Translations under genes and position numbers: made by a program
From: an uncultured delta proteobacterium
Lineage (GTDB): Bacteria; Desulfobacterota; Binatia; UBA9968
Reading direction: 5' to 3'
Assembly (NCBI GenBank): GCA_963745835.1
Contig: CAVUZH010000020.1
Location: 64,001 to 128,000, forward strand
Length of the DNA stretch: 64,000 nt
The notes under the pieces: generated by a model
Seen by the model: the letters and a program-made list of their open reading frames with translations, nothing else
What the model was told of the DNA's origin: nothing
The model's database searches: none
Shown: piece by piece, positions 50,366 through 60,452 of the stretch
Position numbering within the stretch: the stretch's first letter is position 1
How the letters are laid out: each line of letters begins with the position of its first letter

Positions 50366-51358
50366 ATGTATCGATGTTGGCTTTTTCGGATCCTTGTCCT
50401 GATAGCATTCCATCAGCAACTCGCTTTGATCGCACCGGTCTCGGCGCAAGAACTGCGGCGCATGCGCGTCGCAGTCACTTCGCCGGGGATGACCAATCTA
50501 AGTCTGTATATCGCGGATCGGCGCGGCTTTTTCAAAGAACAACATATTTTCAACGAGATTATCGTCATGCGTTCGGCGGCGCGGCAGATTCAAGCTTTGG
50601 TCGCCGGTTCTATCGAACTGAGCGCGCAGGCTCCTGATCCGCTGATTCGCGCAGTCGAGCGCGGCGCTGATTTGACAATGCTGTCCGGCTTAGCCAATTC
50701 GGCAGCGTACGATCTGGTTGCCGATAAGAAATTTCTCTCGATCGAAGAGCTGCGCGGCACGACCTTGGGCGTATCCGGAATTAATTCATCGAGCACACTC
50801 CTGCTGCAGAAGATGCTCAGCGCACATAGCCTGAGTTATCCGCGCGACTACACACTCGTAGAAGTCGGCGGCACGAGCGATCGCCTGGCAGCCATTAAAA
50901 CAGGAGCAACGTCCGCAGGAGTACTGAACCCGCCGATTAGTTATGTGGCGGCCGAGCAGGGCTTTAAAATCCTGGGTGAGCTGAGAAACTATATCCCAGC
51001 CGTGCAGTTCACCGCACTGTCGGTTCGACGCGCGTGGGCTTATCAAAATCCGAAACTCACCGAGGACTACTTGGTTGCTCTGCTGCGCGCCAATCGTTAT
51101 GTGTACGAAAACCGCTCCGGAACGTTGGCGATTATCCGCGATTTTTTTAAAGTTCAGTCTGATCATGCAGAACGGGTTTATGAGTATTGGGTGCGTGATA
51201 AAGTGATTCCGCCGGATGGCGCAATGACTGTTCCTGGGACCGAAGTAGTGCTCGACATCCTCGAACAGTTAGGTGATTTCAAAGGCAAGACCAGGCCCAA
51301 AGCCGAGAAATACATCGATGCCGAGCTACTCAACCGAGCACGCAAGCGGATGCAGTAG
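50366..51358 (+). CDS. ABC transporter substrate-binding protein (NMT1/SsuA-like)
   Basis: IADRRGFFKE, ELRGTTLGVS, GGTSDRLAA. Confidence 0.85.
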   Translation: MYRCWLFRILVLIAFHQQLALIAPVSAQELRRMRVAVTSPGMTNLSLYIADRRGFFKEQHIFNEIIVMRSAARQIQALVAGSIELSAQAPDPLIRAVERGADLTMLSGLANSAAYDLVADKKFLSIEELRGTTLGVSGINSSSTLLLQKMLSAHSLSYPRDYTLVEVGGTSDRLAAIKTGATSAGVLNPPISYVAAEQGFKILGELRNYIPAVQFTALSVRRAWAYQNPKLTEDYLVALLRANRYVYENRSGTLAIIRDFFKVQSDHAERVYEYWVRDKVIPPDGAMTVPGTEVVLDILEQLGDFKGKTRPKAEKYIDAELLNRARKRMQ

Positions 51359-51367
51359 GAGGAAGAT

Positions 51368-51868
51368 ATGAAACGAGAAGTGGCGGCTGAAATCGTCGAT
51401 TCTCTAAAAGAAGCCGGCATCGATTTCGTCGCAACCTTAACCGAAGCAAATTTGCATGACCTGGTAATGGCTTTGGGCGAAGATACCGATATCCACCATG
51501 TGCCGGTCACTCGCGAGGAGGAAGGGATCGGTATCTGCGCCGGCGCTTATCTGGGCGGCAAAAACCCGGCGATGGTGATGATGAACGCCGGGTTCCTGTT
51601 GTCCGCCAATGCCTTGGCGACCGTCTGTATTCATCCGGGCATCCCGGTACTGATGCTGATCGGTCACAGCGGCGGGGTCGGCGAGGAAAACGCCGGTCAC
51701 GCGACTGTCGGTAGTTTGACCGAGCCAGTGTTACAAGCAATGCATATCGTCTACGAAAAAGTCGGCCGCTTTGGCGATATCCGTCCGACCATTCGCGATA
51801 GTCAGATACTGGCGCGCTCCTCACGGCGGCCCACGGCCATTGTGCTCAACAAACAAGCTCTGAGGTAG
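51368..51868 (+). CDS. Sulfopyruvate/phosphonopyruvate decarboxylase alpha-like subunit
   Basis: VPVTREEEGIGICAGAYLGG, MMNAG, IPVLMLIG (ComD-like). Confidence 0.8.
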   Translation: MKREVAAEIVDSLKEAGIDFVATLTEANLHDLVMALGEDTDIHHVPVTREEEGIGICAGAYLGGKNPAMVMMNAGFLLSANALATVCIHPGIPVLMLIGHSGGVGEENAGHATVGSLTEPVLQAMHIVYEKVGRFGDIRPTIRDSQILARSSRRPTAIVLNKQALR

Positions 51869-51872
51869 TCTG

Positions 51873-52496
51873 ATGAAACGATACGATTGTCTTCGCGCCA
51901 TCGCGCCGCAATTCGGCGAAGAACTGGTGGTCACCAATATCGGCGCTGTGCGCCACGAATGGCAAGCGCTGAGGCCCCATCCGGGCAACTATCATCTACA
52001 AAACCTCGGACTCACCTCCTCGATGGCACTCGGTCTGGCTTTGGCGCTGCCGCACCGCAAGGTCATCGCCTTCGATGGTGACGGCTCTTTGCTGCTAAAC
52101 CTTGGCGGCCTGGCAACCATAGCAAATCAGCATCCGAAGAATTTGATTCACGTGGTCTTCGACAATGAATGTTACGAGTCTTCCCGTGGCGCGCCGACCG
52201 CAACAGCCGGGCAGGCCGACCTGGCGGCAATTGCGCGCGGGGCGGGCTTTGCCAACGTGATCACCACAAAAACCATCGCCGAATTTGAACAAGGATTCTC
52301 TCGTGCCTTGAAGAGCAACGATCTTTACTTCGTCCTGGCAAAAGTCGAAGCGGGCGCAGGCGACGTCCCGGCGGCGGCTTTGGATTCGCAGGAAAATAAA
52401 TACATTTTCGTGCGCTACATCGAGAAGAGCGAGAACCTAAAAATTCTCACTTCCACACTGTCGCGTGCCAGTGACCCGGTCCCGAAGTCAAAATAA
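51873..52496 (+). CDS. Sulfopyruvate/phosphonopyruvate decarboxylase beta-like subunit
   Basis: DGDGSLLLNLG...VFDN TPP motif (ComE-like). Confidence 0.8.
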   Translation: MKRYDCLRAIAPQFGEELVVTNIGAVRHEWQALRPHPGNYHLQNLGLTSSMALGLALALPHRKVIAFDGDGSLLLNLGGLATIANQHPKNLIHVVFDNECYESSRGAPTATAGQADLAAIARGAGFANVITTKTIAEFEQGFSRALKSNDLYFVLAKVEAGAGDVPAAALDSQENKYIFVRYIEKSENLKILTSTLSRASDPVPKSK

Positions 52497-52752
52497 TTTG
52501 CCGATACTGAGCTTTCCGCCGTCGCGAGTTTTCAACCTGCCGGACGACATGACTACACCCGGATCGCTGCGTGCTCAGTACCTTTCCGGGGCACTCGCTT
52601 GGTGTCTTCCGGTGCGCAAAAAACTCGCTTGACTCCCATACCCCCAATCAAATAGCCTTGCGGCGGTTAAAGGCAGGGTAGGAATTTTGAATCCTGAGGC
52701 TGCGCACCTTGAAAAGTTACCGGGGAGAAAGGAAACCGTTGGAGGAAACTCT

Positions 52753-53766
52753 ATGAAATACCATAAGGCATTGAGAGCTCTCGCTTGTTTGACTTGGTTA
52801 GTGGTCTGCGTCGCGCCCGCATGGGGTCAAGCCAACTTCTACGAGGGAAAAACAGTTAATGTTGTGATTGGCGCCAAGAGCGGCAGTCTTGCCATCGCCG
52901 CCCAGATCGTCGCACACCACCTGGGCAAGCATCTTCCCGGCAATCCGGCCGTGATTGTTCAACAGATGCCCGGCGCGGCGCACCTGCTGGCCACCAACAG
53001 CGTCTTCAACAGCGCCAAGCCCGACGGATTGACGATCCTTGCCGCCAATCCCAACGTGGCGATCGCCCAACTGTCGAAAGTGGAACAGGTTCGCTTTGAT
53101 GTGCGAAAGTTTCAATGGCTCGGTTCTTCCGGGGCGGACGGGGTCGCGCTATCGATCCGGTCGGATCTCCCTTACAAGACTTTTGATGAGTTGAAAAAGG
53201 CTGACCGAGAATTAGTTGCCGGCACCACCGGACCCGGATCCAACGCTCACGATTTTCCCCTGCTGCTCAAAGAGTTCGCCGGCCTCAAGCTGAAACTCGT
53301 CTCCGGCTATCCGGCGAACAGCGATGTTTTATTAGCCATTGAACGCAAGGAAGTCGACTCATGGTCGGCGTTGGCGACAACTATCAAACTTGCCGCCGAT
53401 CGCGGCGCTGTGCGGCCGCTGGTGCGCGGCCGGGTAGCGGTTAAGGGTTTTGAGAATCTGCCCGTGGACGAAGATTTGGCTACCAACCCGCTGGGGAAAT
53501 CCTTAATGGCGATCAAATCGATACCCCAGTCCATCGGTCGCGCCTTTGCCGCAGCTCCCGGTACTCCGGCCGATCGGGTGGCGATGTTGCGCAGCGCTTT
53601 GGAGAAGGCAATCAAAGATCCGGAACTTATCGCTGAAGCGCAGAAGGCCAAGATCGACGTCAACTTCATATCGCACGAGCAAGTGATGAAAGATTTCACC
53701 GCGCTACTCAACCAAACGCCTGAAACCTTGAAAGAAATGGGCAAGTATATCAAGGCGGAGAGTTGA
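52753..53766 (+). CDS. TctC/Bug family binding protein
   Basis: FYEGKT, QQMPGA, AKPDGLT, VSGYP, AIERKEVD. Confidence 0.85.
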   Translation: MKYHKALRALACLTWLVVCVAPAWGQANFYEGKTVNVVIGAKSGSLAIAAQIVAHHLGKHLPGNPAVIVQQMPGAAHLLATNSVFNSAKPDGLTILAANPNVAIAQLSKVEQVRFDVRKFQWLGSSGADGVALSIRSDLPYKTFDELKKADRELVAGTTGPGSNAHDFPLLLKEFAGLKLKLVSGYPANSDVLLAIERKEVDSWSALATTIKLAADRGAVRPLVRGRVAVKGFENLPVDEDLATNPLGKSLMAIKSIPQSIGRAFAAAPGTPADRVAMLRSALEKAIKDPELIAEAQKAKIDVNFISHEQVMKDFTALLNQTPETLKEMGKYIKAES

Positions 53767-53887
53767 GGATACAGTCGACCTGGCCATTCCGAGCCGATTA
53801 TTGAACGGCTTGAACTTTTTGAACGCAAACTTTCTTATGTGCTCTCAGCGTTCGCGAGTTCAGGCCGTTCAGGCAAGCTATGAGCAC

Positions 53888-54211
53888 TCAATCTTGTTTT
53901 GTGATGAAACGCTGCACCGGCATGTTGCCCAGCTCGAAGCGTGGATCGTAGGGCATGCCTTCGCGGATGCGTTCTAGATAATTGTCGCGGTTGACCCCGA
54001 AAAGCTGATAGCGATACAGATGATTGAGGAGAAAAGTATGAACCCCCATCTGGTAAAGTTTCCCCACCGCGCCTGAAGTCAACGCATCGCGCTCCTCCGA
54101 GGTCAATCGGAACTCGCCCAGCACGGCTTCGGGATGCGCTAACATGCGTTTGCGAAACTCCGGATCGTTGTCGGTCAGATATAAAAGTTTGTTGACTTGA
54201 TAGACGCTCAT
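53888..54211 (-). CDS. LigA-like small subunit of extradiol ring-cleavage dioxygenase
   Basis: MSVYQVNKLLY, FRLTSEERDAL, LYQMGVHTFLL; downstream of the ligB-like gene. Confidence 0.7.
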   Translation of the reverse strand: MSVYQVNKLLYLTDNDPEFRKRMLAHPEAVLGEFRLTSEERDALTSGAVGKLYQMGVHTFLLNHLYRYQLFGVNRDNYLERIREGMPYDPRFELGNMPVQRFITKQD

Positions 54212-54393
54212 CGAAATTCTCTTTCTTAAGTCTGGGACTCTGCTGCTGGCTTCGTCTGACACCGCTGTTCGGGCGCGTAGGTTAACATGACAAGTGTATC
54301 TTTACCCACAGCTCATCCTCCCGCTGCCGCGCGAGAAATCGAGTGCTCGAGAAGTTCGAAGTCATCGGCGGCGAAATTAACAAATCATCAACA

Positions 54394-55197
54394 TCACTCG
54401 AACTTCCACACCGCGTAACCGTTGCCCTCGTCGCCTTCCAAGAATAGCGGCCGGGTCTTGCCGACCGCGCCGCTTACGGTGATCCAGTTCAGCAACTCGC
54501 CGCTGTTGTTGCCGGCGGCGTTAATTCGATCTTCGGTGGCGCGTCGGGCCAATGTCCGGTAACGTCCTTTGACCAACAGCGATGAGATCGTTTCGGCCCA
54601 CTCTGTATCGGTCCAGCCGCGCAGCGGTCCGCCAACGTCCATAGCGAAACAGCCGCTGGCGATGAGCGCGATCCGCTCTTTGCCTTCCCACGCTTCGATA
54701 AACTTCCGCAGCATGCGGCCCAGAGCCAAGCATCGACTCGCCAGCGGCAAGGGCGATGCAAAGCCGTTGGTATAGATCGGCACCACTGGGAGCTCCATTC
54801 CAGGATTGAGAAAGTGCAGCGGCACCACCAACGAGTGATCCAAACGCAGCTCATGGGCGGCGGCAAGATCGAATCTGTTATGGACGCCGTACCTGAACAG
54901 TGCCTTGGCCAGAGGCACGTTGCCACGCACCGTATAACGAGGCATTGGGCACCAAGTCTCCTGCGGGCCTTCGGCTTCCTCGGCCATGCCGACGCAAAAC
55001 GATGGTAGGTTGTTATAGAAAAAGTTCACGAAATGATCGCTGTCAACCTCGATGATCAAATCGGGCTCGGCCTTTTCCACCTGTTCGCGAACCTGCTTCA
55101 TGAGCGCTTCTCCGCGCGTTTTTCCCGGCGCTTGCGCCATCTCGTAGACTAGCCTGGGCGGATGTGGAACTCCCGCTGCTAAAACCAGTTTTGCCAT
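54394..55197 (-). CDS. LigB-like (class III) extradiol dioxygenase subunit
   Basis: GVPHPP, SDHFVNFF, LDHSLVVPL, GELLNW. Confidence 0.82.
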   Translation of the reverse strand: MAKLVLAAGVPHPPRLVYEMAQAPGKTRGEALMKQVREQVEKAEPDLIIEVDSDHFVNFFYNNLPSFCVGMAEEAEGPQETWCPMPRYTVRGNVPLAKALFRYGVHNRFDLAAAHELRLDHSLVVPLHFLNPGMELPVVPIYTNGFASPLPLASRCLALGRMLRKFIEAWEGKERIALIASGCFAMDVGGPLRGWTDTEWAETISSLLVKGRYRTLARRATEDRINAAGNNSGELLNWITVSGAVGKTRPLFLEGDEGNGYAVWKFE

Positions 55198-55463
55198 GGT
55201 GTGCTCCTCGCTAGGTTCGCCTCGCCGATTTCTTCCGAGTCTTAACATTCGTGCCAGATTCGCGTCAATAATTTCGAGATAACTCCGGGTCTGATTTTGG
55301 CTGACACGTATATCGATTGTACCCTGAGCGACTTCGCCTGCTTGAACCGTTCAAACTTAGGTTTTGTTTGACGTGTCGTTGGTCATTCACTATAGTCGCG
55401 CCGGTCCGACGCAAGTTAGGGTAGTGAGTGCGCTCTGGTAAGAGAATTGGAGTAGCTGAAACT

Positions 55464-56970
55464 ATGTTCGAGGCTCTCATCGACGGTCTGTCCCTCGTGC
55501 TGCAGTGGAAAGCTTTCAGCTTGATGCTCCTCGGTATGGGCCTGGGATTTTGCGTCGGCCTGCTGCCGGGTATTGGCGGTGCGGCGACTCTGGCTTTGAT
55601 GATTCCGTTCGTGTTTAAAATGAGCCCGGCCGAGGCGTTCGCATTTTTGCTTGGCATGCATTCTGTCGCTGCCACGACCGGCGATATCACCTCGATTCTT
55701 TTCGGCGTGCCCGGTGAAGGACTGTCGGCGGCCACTGTAGTCGATGGTTACCCGATGGCCAAGAACGGCGAGGCCGGCCGCGCGCTGGGCGCCGCGCTGA
55801 TGAGCTCTCTGGTGGGCGCGCTGATCGGCGCCGTTGCTCTGGCCTTAGCCATCCCGGTCGTTCGCCCGCTGGTTCTGACATTTGGTTCTCCGGAGCTGTT
55901 TTTCCTTTCGATGATCGGCATCGCCTGCATCACATCGCTTAGCGGCTTGGGTTTGCGCGGTCAGATTCGCGGTTTCGCAATGGGGCTCTTCGGTCTTTTG
56001 CTTTCCACCATAGGTCAGGAGCGACAGTCGGGTTCGCTCCGTTTTGATATGGGATTGATGTATCTGTGGGAAGGTCTCGATCTGGTGCCGGTCCTAGTCG
56101 GAATTTTTGCGATTCCGGAGCTCGTGGATTTGGCCGTGCGCGGCACTTCTATCGCCGGAGATCGGCCTGCGGAAAACCTGGGCCGTGGGGTCATGGAAGG
56201 CATCAAAGATACCTTCCGCCATTTTTGGCTGGTCGTTCGTTGTTCCGCGGTGGGAGTTTTCGTCGGTGTCATGCCCGGAGCGGGCGGCGGTGTGGCGCAG
56301 TGGATGGCCTACGCTCACGCAGTGCAGAGCGCGAAAGATTCCAAGGATCGGGAACGCTTCGGCAAAGGCGATGTGCGCGGGGTGCTCGGGCCGGGAGCGG
56401 CGAACAACTCGAAGGAAGGCGGCGATCTAGTGCCGACCATCGCCTTCGGCGTGCCGGGAAGCGGAGCTATGGCAATCCTTCTCGGGGCATTTATGATCAT
56501 GGGTCTAGTGCCCGGGCCTGATATGTTGAGCAAGCATTTAGCGGTGACTTACTCGATGGTCTGGACATTAGTCATCGCCAATATTATCACCGTGGCGCTC
56601 TCGCTTGCTGGTTCTCAACCAGCTCGCCAAGGTAACTTACATACGAGGCGGTGTCATCATTCCGTTTGTGTTGTTACTGGTGTTCGTTGGCAGCTACACC
56701 GCCAACGGACAGCTTTCGGATCTGATCGTGACTTTCTGCTTCGGCGTGCTCGGCTATCTGATGGTCATCTGGGGCTGGCCGCGCCCGCCACTGGTGTTGG
56801 GGCTTGTTCTCGGCAAGCTTGTTGAAACTTATCTATTCATTTCCGTAGCGCGCTATGGCTTTGCCTGGCTGACGCATCCGCTTGTGATAGTTTTGATGGC
56901 GCTCATGGTGCTCGTGATCGTTTATCCATTTCTACGCGAGAAGCCTGCGTGGGCCGGCGGCGGCGACTGA
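55464..56970 (+). CDS. tctA: Tripartite tricarboxylate transporter permease TctA (frameshift near 56605)
   Basis: GLLPGIG, SILFGVPG, DGYPMAKNG, AANNSKEGG, GLVPGP; continues in ORF 56605-56970. Confidence 0.85.
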
Positions 56971-57449
56971 TGAAATCCAAAGGTCATCTTTATTTTGGCA
57001 CTTTCCTTATTGTGATCTCGGGCTACGCCATCTTTGCCGGATCTCAGTGGTCGTTTAAGACTGGTTTCTTCCCCTTAGCCGTAGCCATCCCCCTCCTCGG
57101 CTTAACCCTCCTTCATTTCTATTTGGAACTGTTTGGCGCTCCTGAAAAGCGCAAAGGCCCCACTGTGGAGGCCGAGTTTTCTAATCAAGTCCCGCCCGAA
57201 GTTGCGCGCCGGCGGGTCATCACGATGTTCTCGTGGATGGCCGCGTTTATCCTGGCGGTCTATCTAGTGGGATTCCCGGTAACTGTTCCATTATTCGTTT
57301 TTCTCTTCTTAAAAATCCAAAGCCAGGTGAGCTGGACGAAATCGATCGCCCTGACGGCAATCGCCTGGCTTTTCTTTTACGGTCTGTTTCAAAGACTAGT
57401 GCGAATACAGTTTGAAACCGGCGCACTTCAGAGCTGGCTCGGAATGTGA
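56970..57449 (+). CDS. tctB: TctB family small membrane subunit
   Basis: Four TM segments, FFP motif, directly after tctA. Confidence 0.78.
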   Translation: MKSKGHLYFGTFLIVISGYAIFAGSQWSFKTGFFPLAVAIPLLGLTLLHFYLELFGAPEKRKGPTVEAEFSNQVPPEVARRRVITMFSWMAAFILAVYLVGFPVTVPLFVFLFLKIQSQVSWTKSIALTAIAWLFFYGLFQRLVRIQFETGALQSWLGM

Positions 57450-57646
57450 TGCATTACTGCGGCGCAAATGCCGGTGACAAGATGAGCCAGATCCATGTTT
57501 GGGCAGGACATTCGGCAACGATCTGGCCCGCCGGCGAGCTTTTGCTAATCTGTGATCAGCGGAATCGTTGATCGATCCGTGCGGGCGAGTTTCAATGAAC
57601 TGACGCGGCAGAGTAGCACACCAGATAATCTTCGGGAGGATCAGGG

Positions 57647-58690
57647 ATGCGATTTGGGACATTTAGTTACAATCAGGCACGGCCATGGGTTTCAGAGAAA
57701 CAAGCCTTTGAAGAACTGCTCGAACAAATTCTCTTGACCGAACGGCTTGGCTTTGACGAGGCATGGTTTGCCGAACACCATCACTCGGACTACGGCCTGA
57801 TTGCGTCACCCAACCTGATGATCGCCTCTTTGGCGCATCGGACCAAACGCCTGCGGCTCGGCAATCTGGTCAATGTCCTGCCGCTGTACGATCCAATGCG
57901 CCTTGCCGAAGAGTGCGGCATGTTGGATATCCTCACCGGCGGAAGGTTGAATGTCGGATTGGGACGCGGCGTCCCGCGCGACGATTTAAAGCATGGGCTC
58001 GACCGTGACACGGCACAGGCGCGCTTCGAAGAAGGGATCGAGATCATGATGCGCTCCTGGACCGAAGAGACTTTCAGTTACAACGGTAAAGCTTGGAATT
58101 ATGTTGATATCGTTTGCCGCCCCCGCCCTCTGCAGCGTCCGCACCCGCCGATCTATTACGGCGCTACTTCGCCCGACAGCCCTGCCATGGTGGCGCGACG
58201 CGGTTGGAACCTAGCGCTCTCGCGCCAACCACTCGCAAACTGCGCCCAGGCGATCCGATCCTATCGGGACGAGCGGGCCAAACACAAAAACTTAGCCGGC
58301 AATGGCGATGCCATCATGGTCCGCGATATCTACGTCGCAGAAACCGACGAACAGGCGTGGAAAGAAGCGGTGCCGCAACTCGTTCGTTTTTGGCAGCTGG
58401 CCACCGATAATGTCTGGCGCGGTGATTCGGTTTCAGCGGACGACTTACCGAAGTTTACCGAACGGTTTGCGTATTTTCCCGGCGGGCTGACGGTCAAGCG
58501 TCTCGATGAATGGGGCACTTCACTGATCGGCAGTCCGGAAACGGTGATAGCCAAGGCCCGGCCGATGATCGAAACGGCAAAGCCCGACAGCTTAGTGGGC
58601 ATGTTCAGTTTCGGCGGCTTAAGCCATGACCAGGTGACACGCTCCATCGAGCTGTTCGCGACCAAGGTGAGACCAGCGTTGGGATTGTAA
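57647..58690 (+). CDS. LLM-class flavin-dependent oxidoreductase
   Basis: GFDEAWFAEHH, RLRLG, PMRLAEE..LD, GRLNVGLGRG, PLQRPHPP. Confidence 0.92.
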   Translation: MRFGTFSYNQARPWVSEKQAFEELLEQILLTERLGFDEAWFAEHHHSDYGLIASPNLMIASLAHRTKRLRLGNLVNVLPLYDPMRLAEECGMLDILTGGRLNVGLGRGVPRDDLKHGLDRDTAQARFEEGIEIMMRSWTEETFSYNGKAWNYVDIVCRPRPLQRPHPPIYYGATSPDSPAMVARRGWNLALSRQPLANCAQAIRSYRDERAKHKNLAGNGDAIMVRDIYVAETDEQAWKEAVPQLVRFWQLATDNVWRGDSVSADDLPKFTERFAYFPGGLTVKRLDEWGTSLIGSPETVIAKARPMIETAKPDSLVGMFSFGGLSHDQVTRSIELFATKVRPALGL

Positions 58691-58712
58691 CGCGAAACCG
58701 CGAGTTGCTGGA

Positions 58713-60452
58713 TCAGGTAAACGCTCGCTCCAACTGGCGCAAAATGCCATCGGGTTCCCGCAAAGCAAACTCTCGGATTTCTTCGGCCCGTGCTTGGGAA
58801 TCGCTGTTGGCGTAGAGCCGGAGCTGTGGCGCGTTCCCGGATGGTCGCACGTGCGCAACATCGCCGTTGCGGAAGTAGATGCGCACGCCATCAAGCACAT
58901 TAATTCGAGCGATGTCATCGAAACCCTGAGCAGGCCTGAAGACACTCTTCAAGCTACTTTTAACTTGCTGCCAATCTCTTGCCATGGACCGGGCAAGCGG
59001 TGCAGCCGTGTTGCCGGCAACACTGCGATCGAAGACGTCTCCCGCGAGATCGAACTCCACTTCAATCAGTCCGCCCGGCGGGATCAGTTTAGCGAGAATC
59101 GCCTGGCTCGCCGTCACGGGAAAATTGTCGAGCAAACCGGCGCAGCCGAACCGAGCCGGCAGCAGGTTCCACAATTCGGCGAGGCTGATGTTTCGCTCGG
59201 CTGCGGCGAATAAATTTGCCAGGATCGGTAGTGTCGAATCGCGCGTCGGCAGCGCGCTTAGTGTGCCCGCGGCTAATCTAATATCGCTGCCGGTTAAAAA
59301 CCCGCCATTGGCTTCCCATCCGACAACTCGTTCCCATCTTCCTGCTACTCGTATCTCGTCAAGGGCGGCAACGACGTAGGGTGAGCCGATCTTTGTCTTA
59401 CGCAGCAGAATACCGCGCTCGTGCATTCTTCGCTCGACCGCATCGTTGGCGCTAACCGGCACCGCTGCCGCATTGGCGCCGAGGTACTCGGCAGTGATGA
59501 TGCCTAGAAGATCGCCGGGCAAAAACCGCACGCGCCGGGCGCCCGGATGAACTTGGGCGGCAGGCAGAACGGCGACCACCAACGGCCGGTCCGAATCACC
59601 GTCAGTGGATAAAATAGCATCAAACGACTGGCCATCGGCTTCGGCGCCCGAGATCATTTTTTCCAGATCATCCAACTGTGCGCCGGTGATATTCTCAGTA
59701 TCTATGGGTATGAACCGATCGCTGCGTCCGGCGGCGATCACGGCGGCGCCCAGGTCAGTGAGAATACGAGCCAAAATGTCACGGCCGACGGCAGAGTGCT
59801 GATAGATGAGAACGCGCAAGCCTCGGAGGCCATTGTTGGTAAAGCTCTCGGTGTAACGCTGAACGTAGGCTTCTTCGGCGCGGTGATCGAGCGGTGGTAA
59901 ATTTGGCGCTTGCTTGAGCATCCCGGCCGCATTGAATGCTGATATGGCCCCGGTCCGGCTATACTCTTCATCCCGGACGCGCTTTACCTCGCGGAGAATG
60001 CCGGGCTCGTCCGCCTTGAGTATTTCACCGATGCTCTTATTGATTTTGATACCGTTACGATCGAAAGGAATATGGCTGCCGCTAACCATCACCCCCGCTC
60101 CGCCGGTTGCCATCGCGCGTGCGATCAAGGCCGGCGTCGGAATCTTGCCGGCATTCTCCACGGAACAACCGCATTCGAGTATCGCCTGCATGCACGCTCT
60201 CATTATCCGTTGGGTGCTCGGCCGCAGATCACCGGCAAGAACGACTTTGCTCGACGCCGCTATGTCGCCGATGCTCAGCAGATATCGCAGCGCGCCTTTG
60301 ACATTGATGTAAGCCTCGAGATCGGTAATGTCCTTGACCAGACCCCGCAAACCACTCGTGCCAAAGGCCAGCGGCACCGGCGTATAATTGAGAAACTTAA
60401 CTGCGGAAGTTTGCTCTACCGACATAAGAAATACATCTCGCTTACCCGGCAT
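58713..60452 (-). CDS. Phosphomannomutase/phosphoglucomutase
   Basis: FGTSGLRG, SGSHIP..RNGIK, DGDSDR, WEANGG, RPSGNAP. Confidence 0.92.
   Translation of the reverse strand: MPGKRDVFLMSVEQTSAVKFLNYTPVPLAFGTSGLRGLVKDITDLEAYINVKGALRYLLSIGDIAASSKVVLAGDLRPSTQRIMRACMQAILECGCSVENAGKIPTPALIARAMATGGAGVMVSGSHIPFDRNGIKINKSIGEILKADEPGILREVKRVRDEEYSRTGAISAFNAAGMLKQAPNLPPLDHRAEEAYVQRYTESFTNNGLRGLRVLIYQHSAVGRDILARILTDLGAAVIAAGRSDRFIPIDTENITGAQLDDLEKMISGAEADGQSFDAILSTDGDSDRPLVVAVLPAAQVHPGARRVRFLPGDLLGIITAEYLGANAAAVPVSANDAVERRMHERGILLRKTKIGSPYVVAALDEIRVAGRWERVVGWEANGGFLTGSDIRLAAGTLSALPTRDSTLPILANLFAAAERNISLAELWNLLPARFGCAGLLDNFPVTASQAILAKLIPPGGLIEVEFDLAGDVFDRSVAGNTAAPLARSMARDWQQVKSSLKSVFRPAQGFDDIARINVLDGVRIYFRNGDVAHVRPSGNAPQLRLYANSDSQARAEEIREFALREPDGILRQLERAFT

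Noticed and set aside
55240-55260. Sigma54 promoter for the ligB-like gene (TGGCAC on the minus strand)
   Set aside because: The -12 element reads TTAA rather than TTGC.
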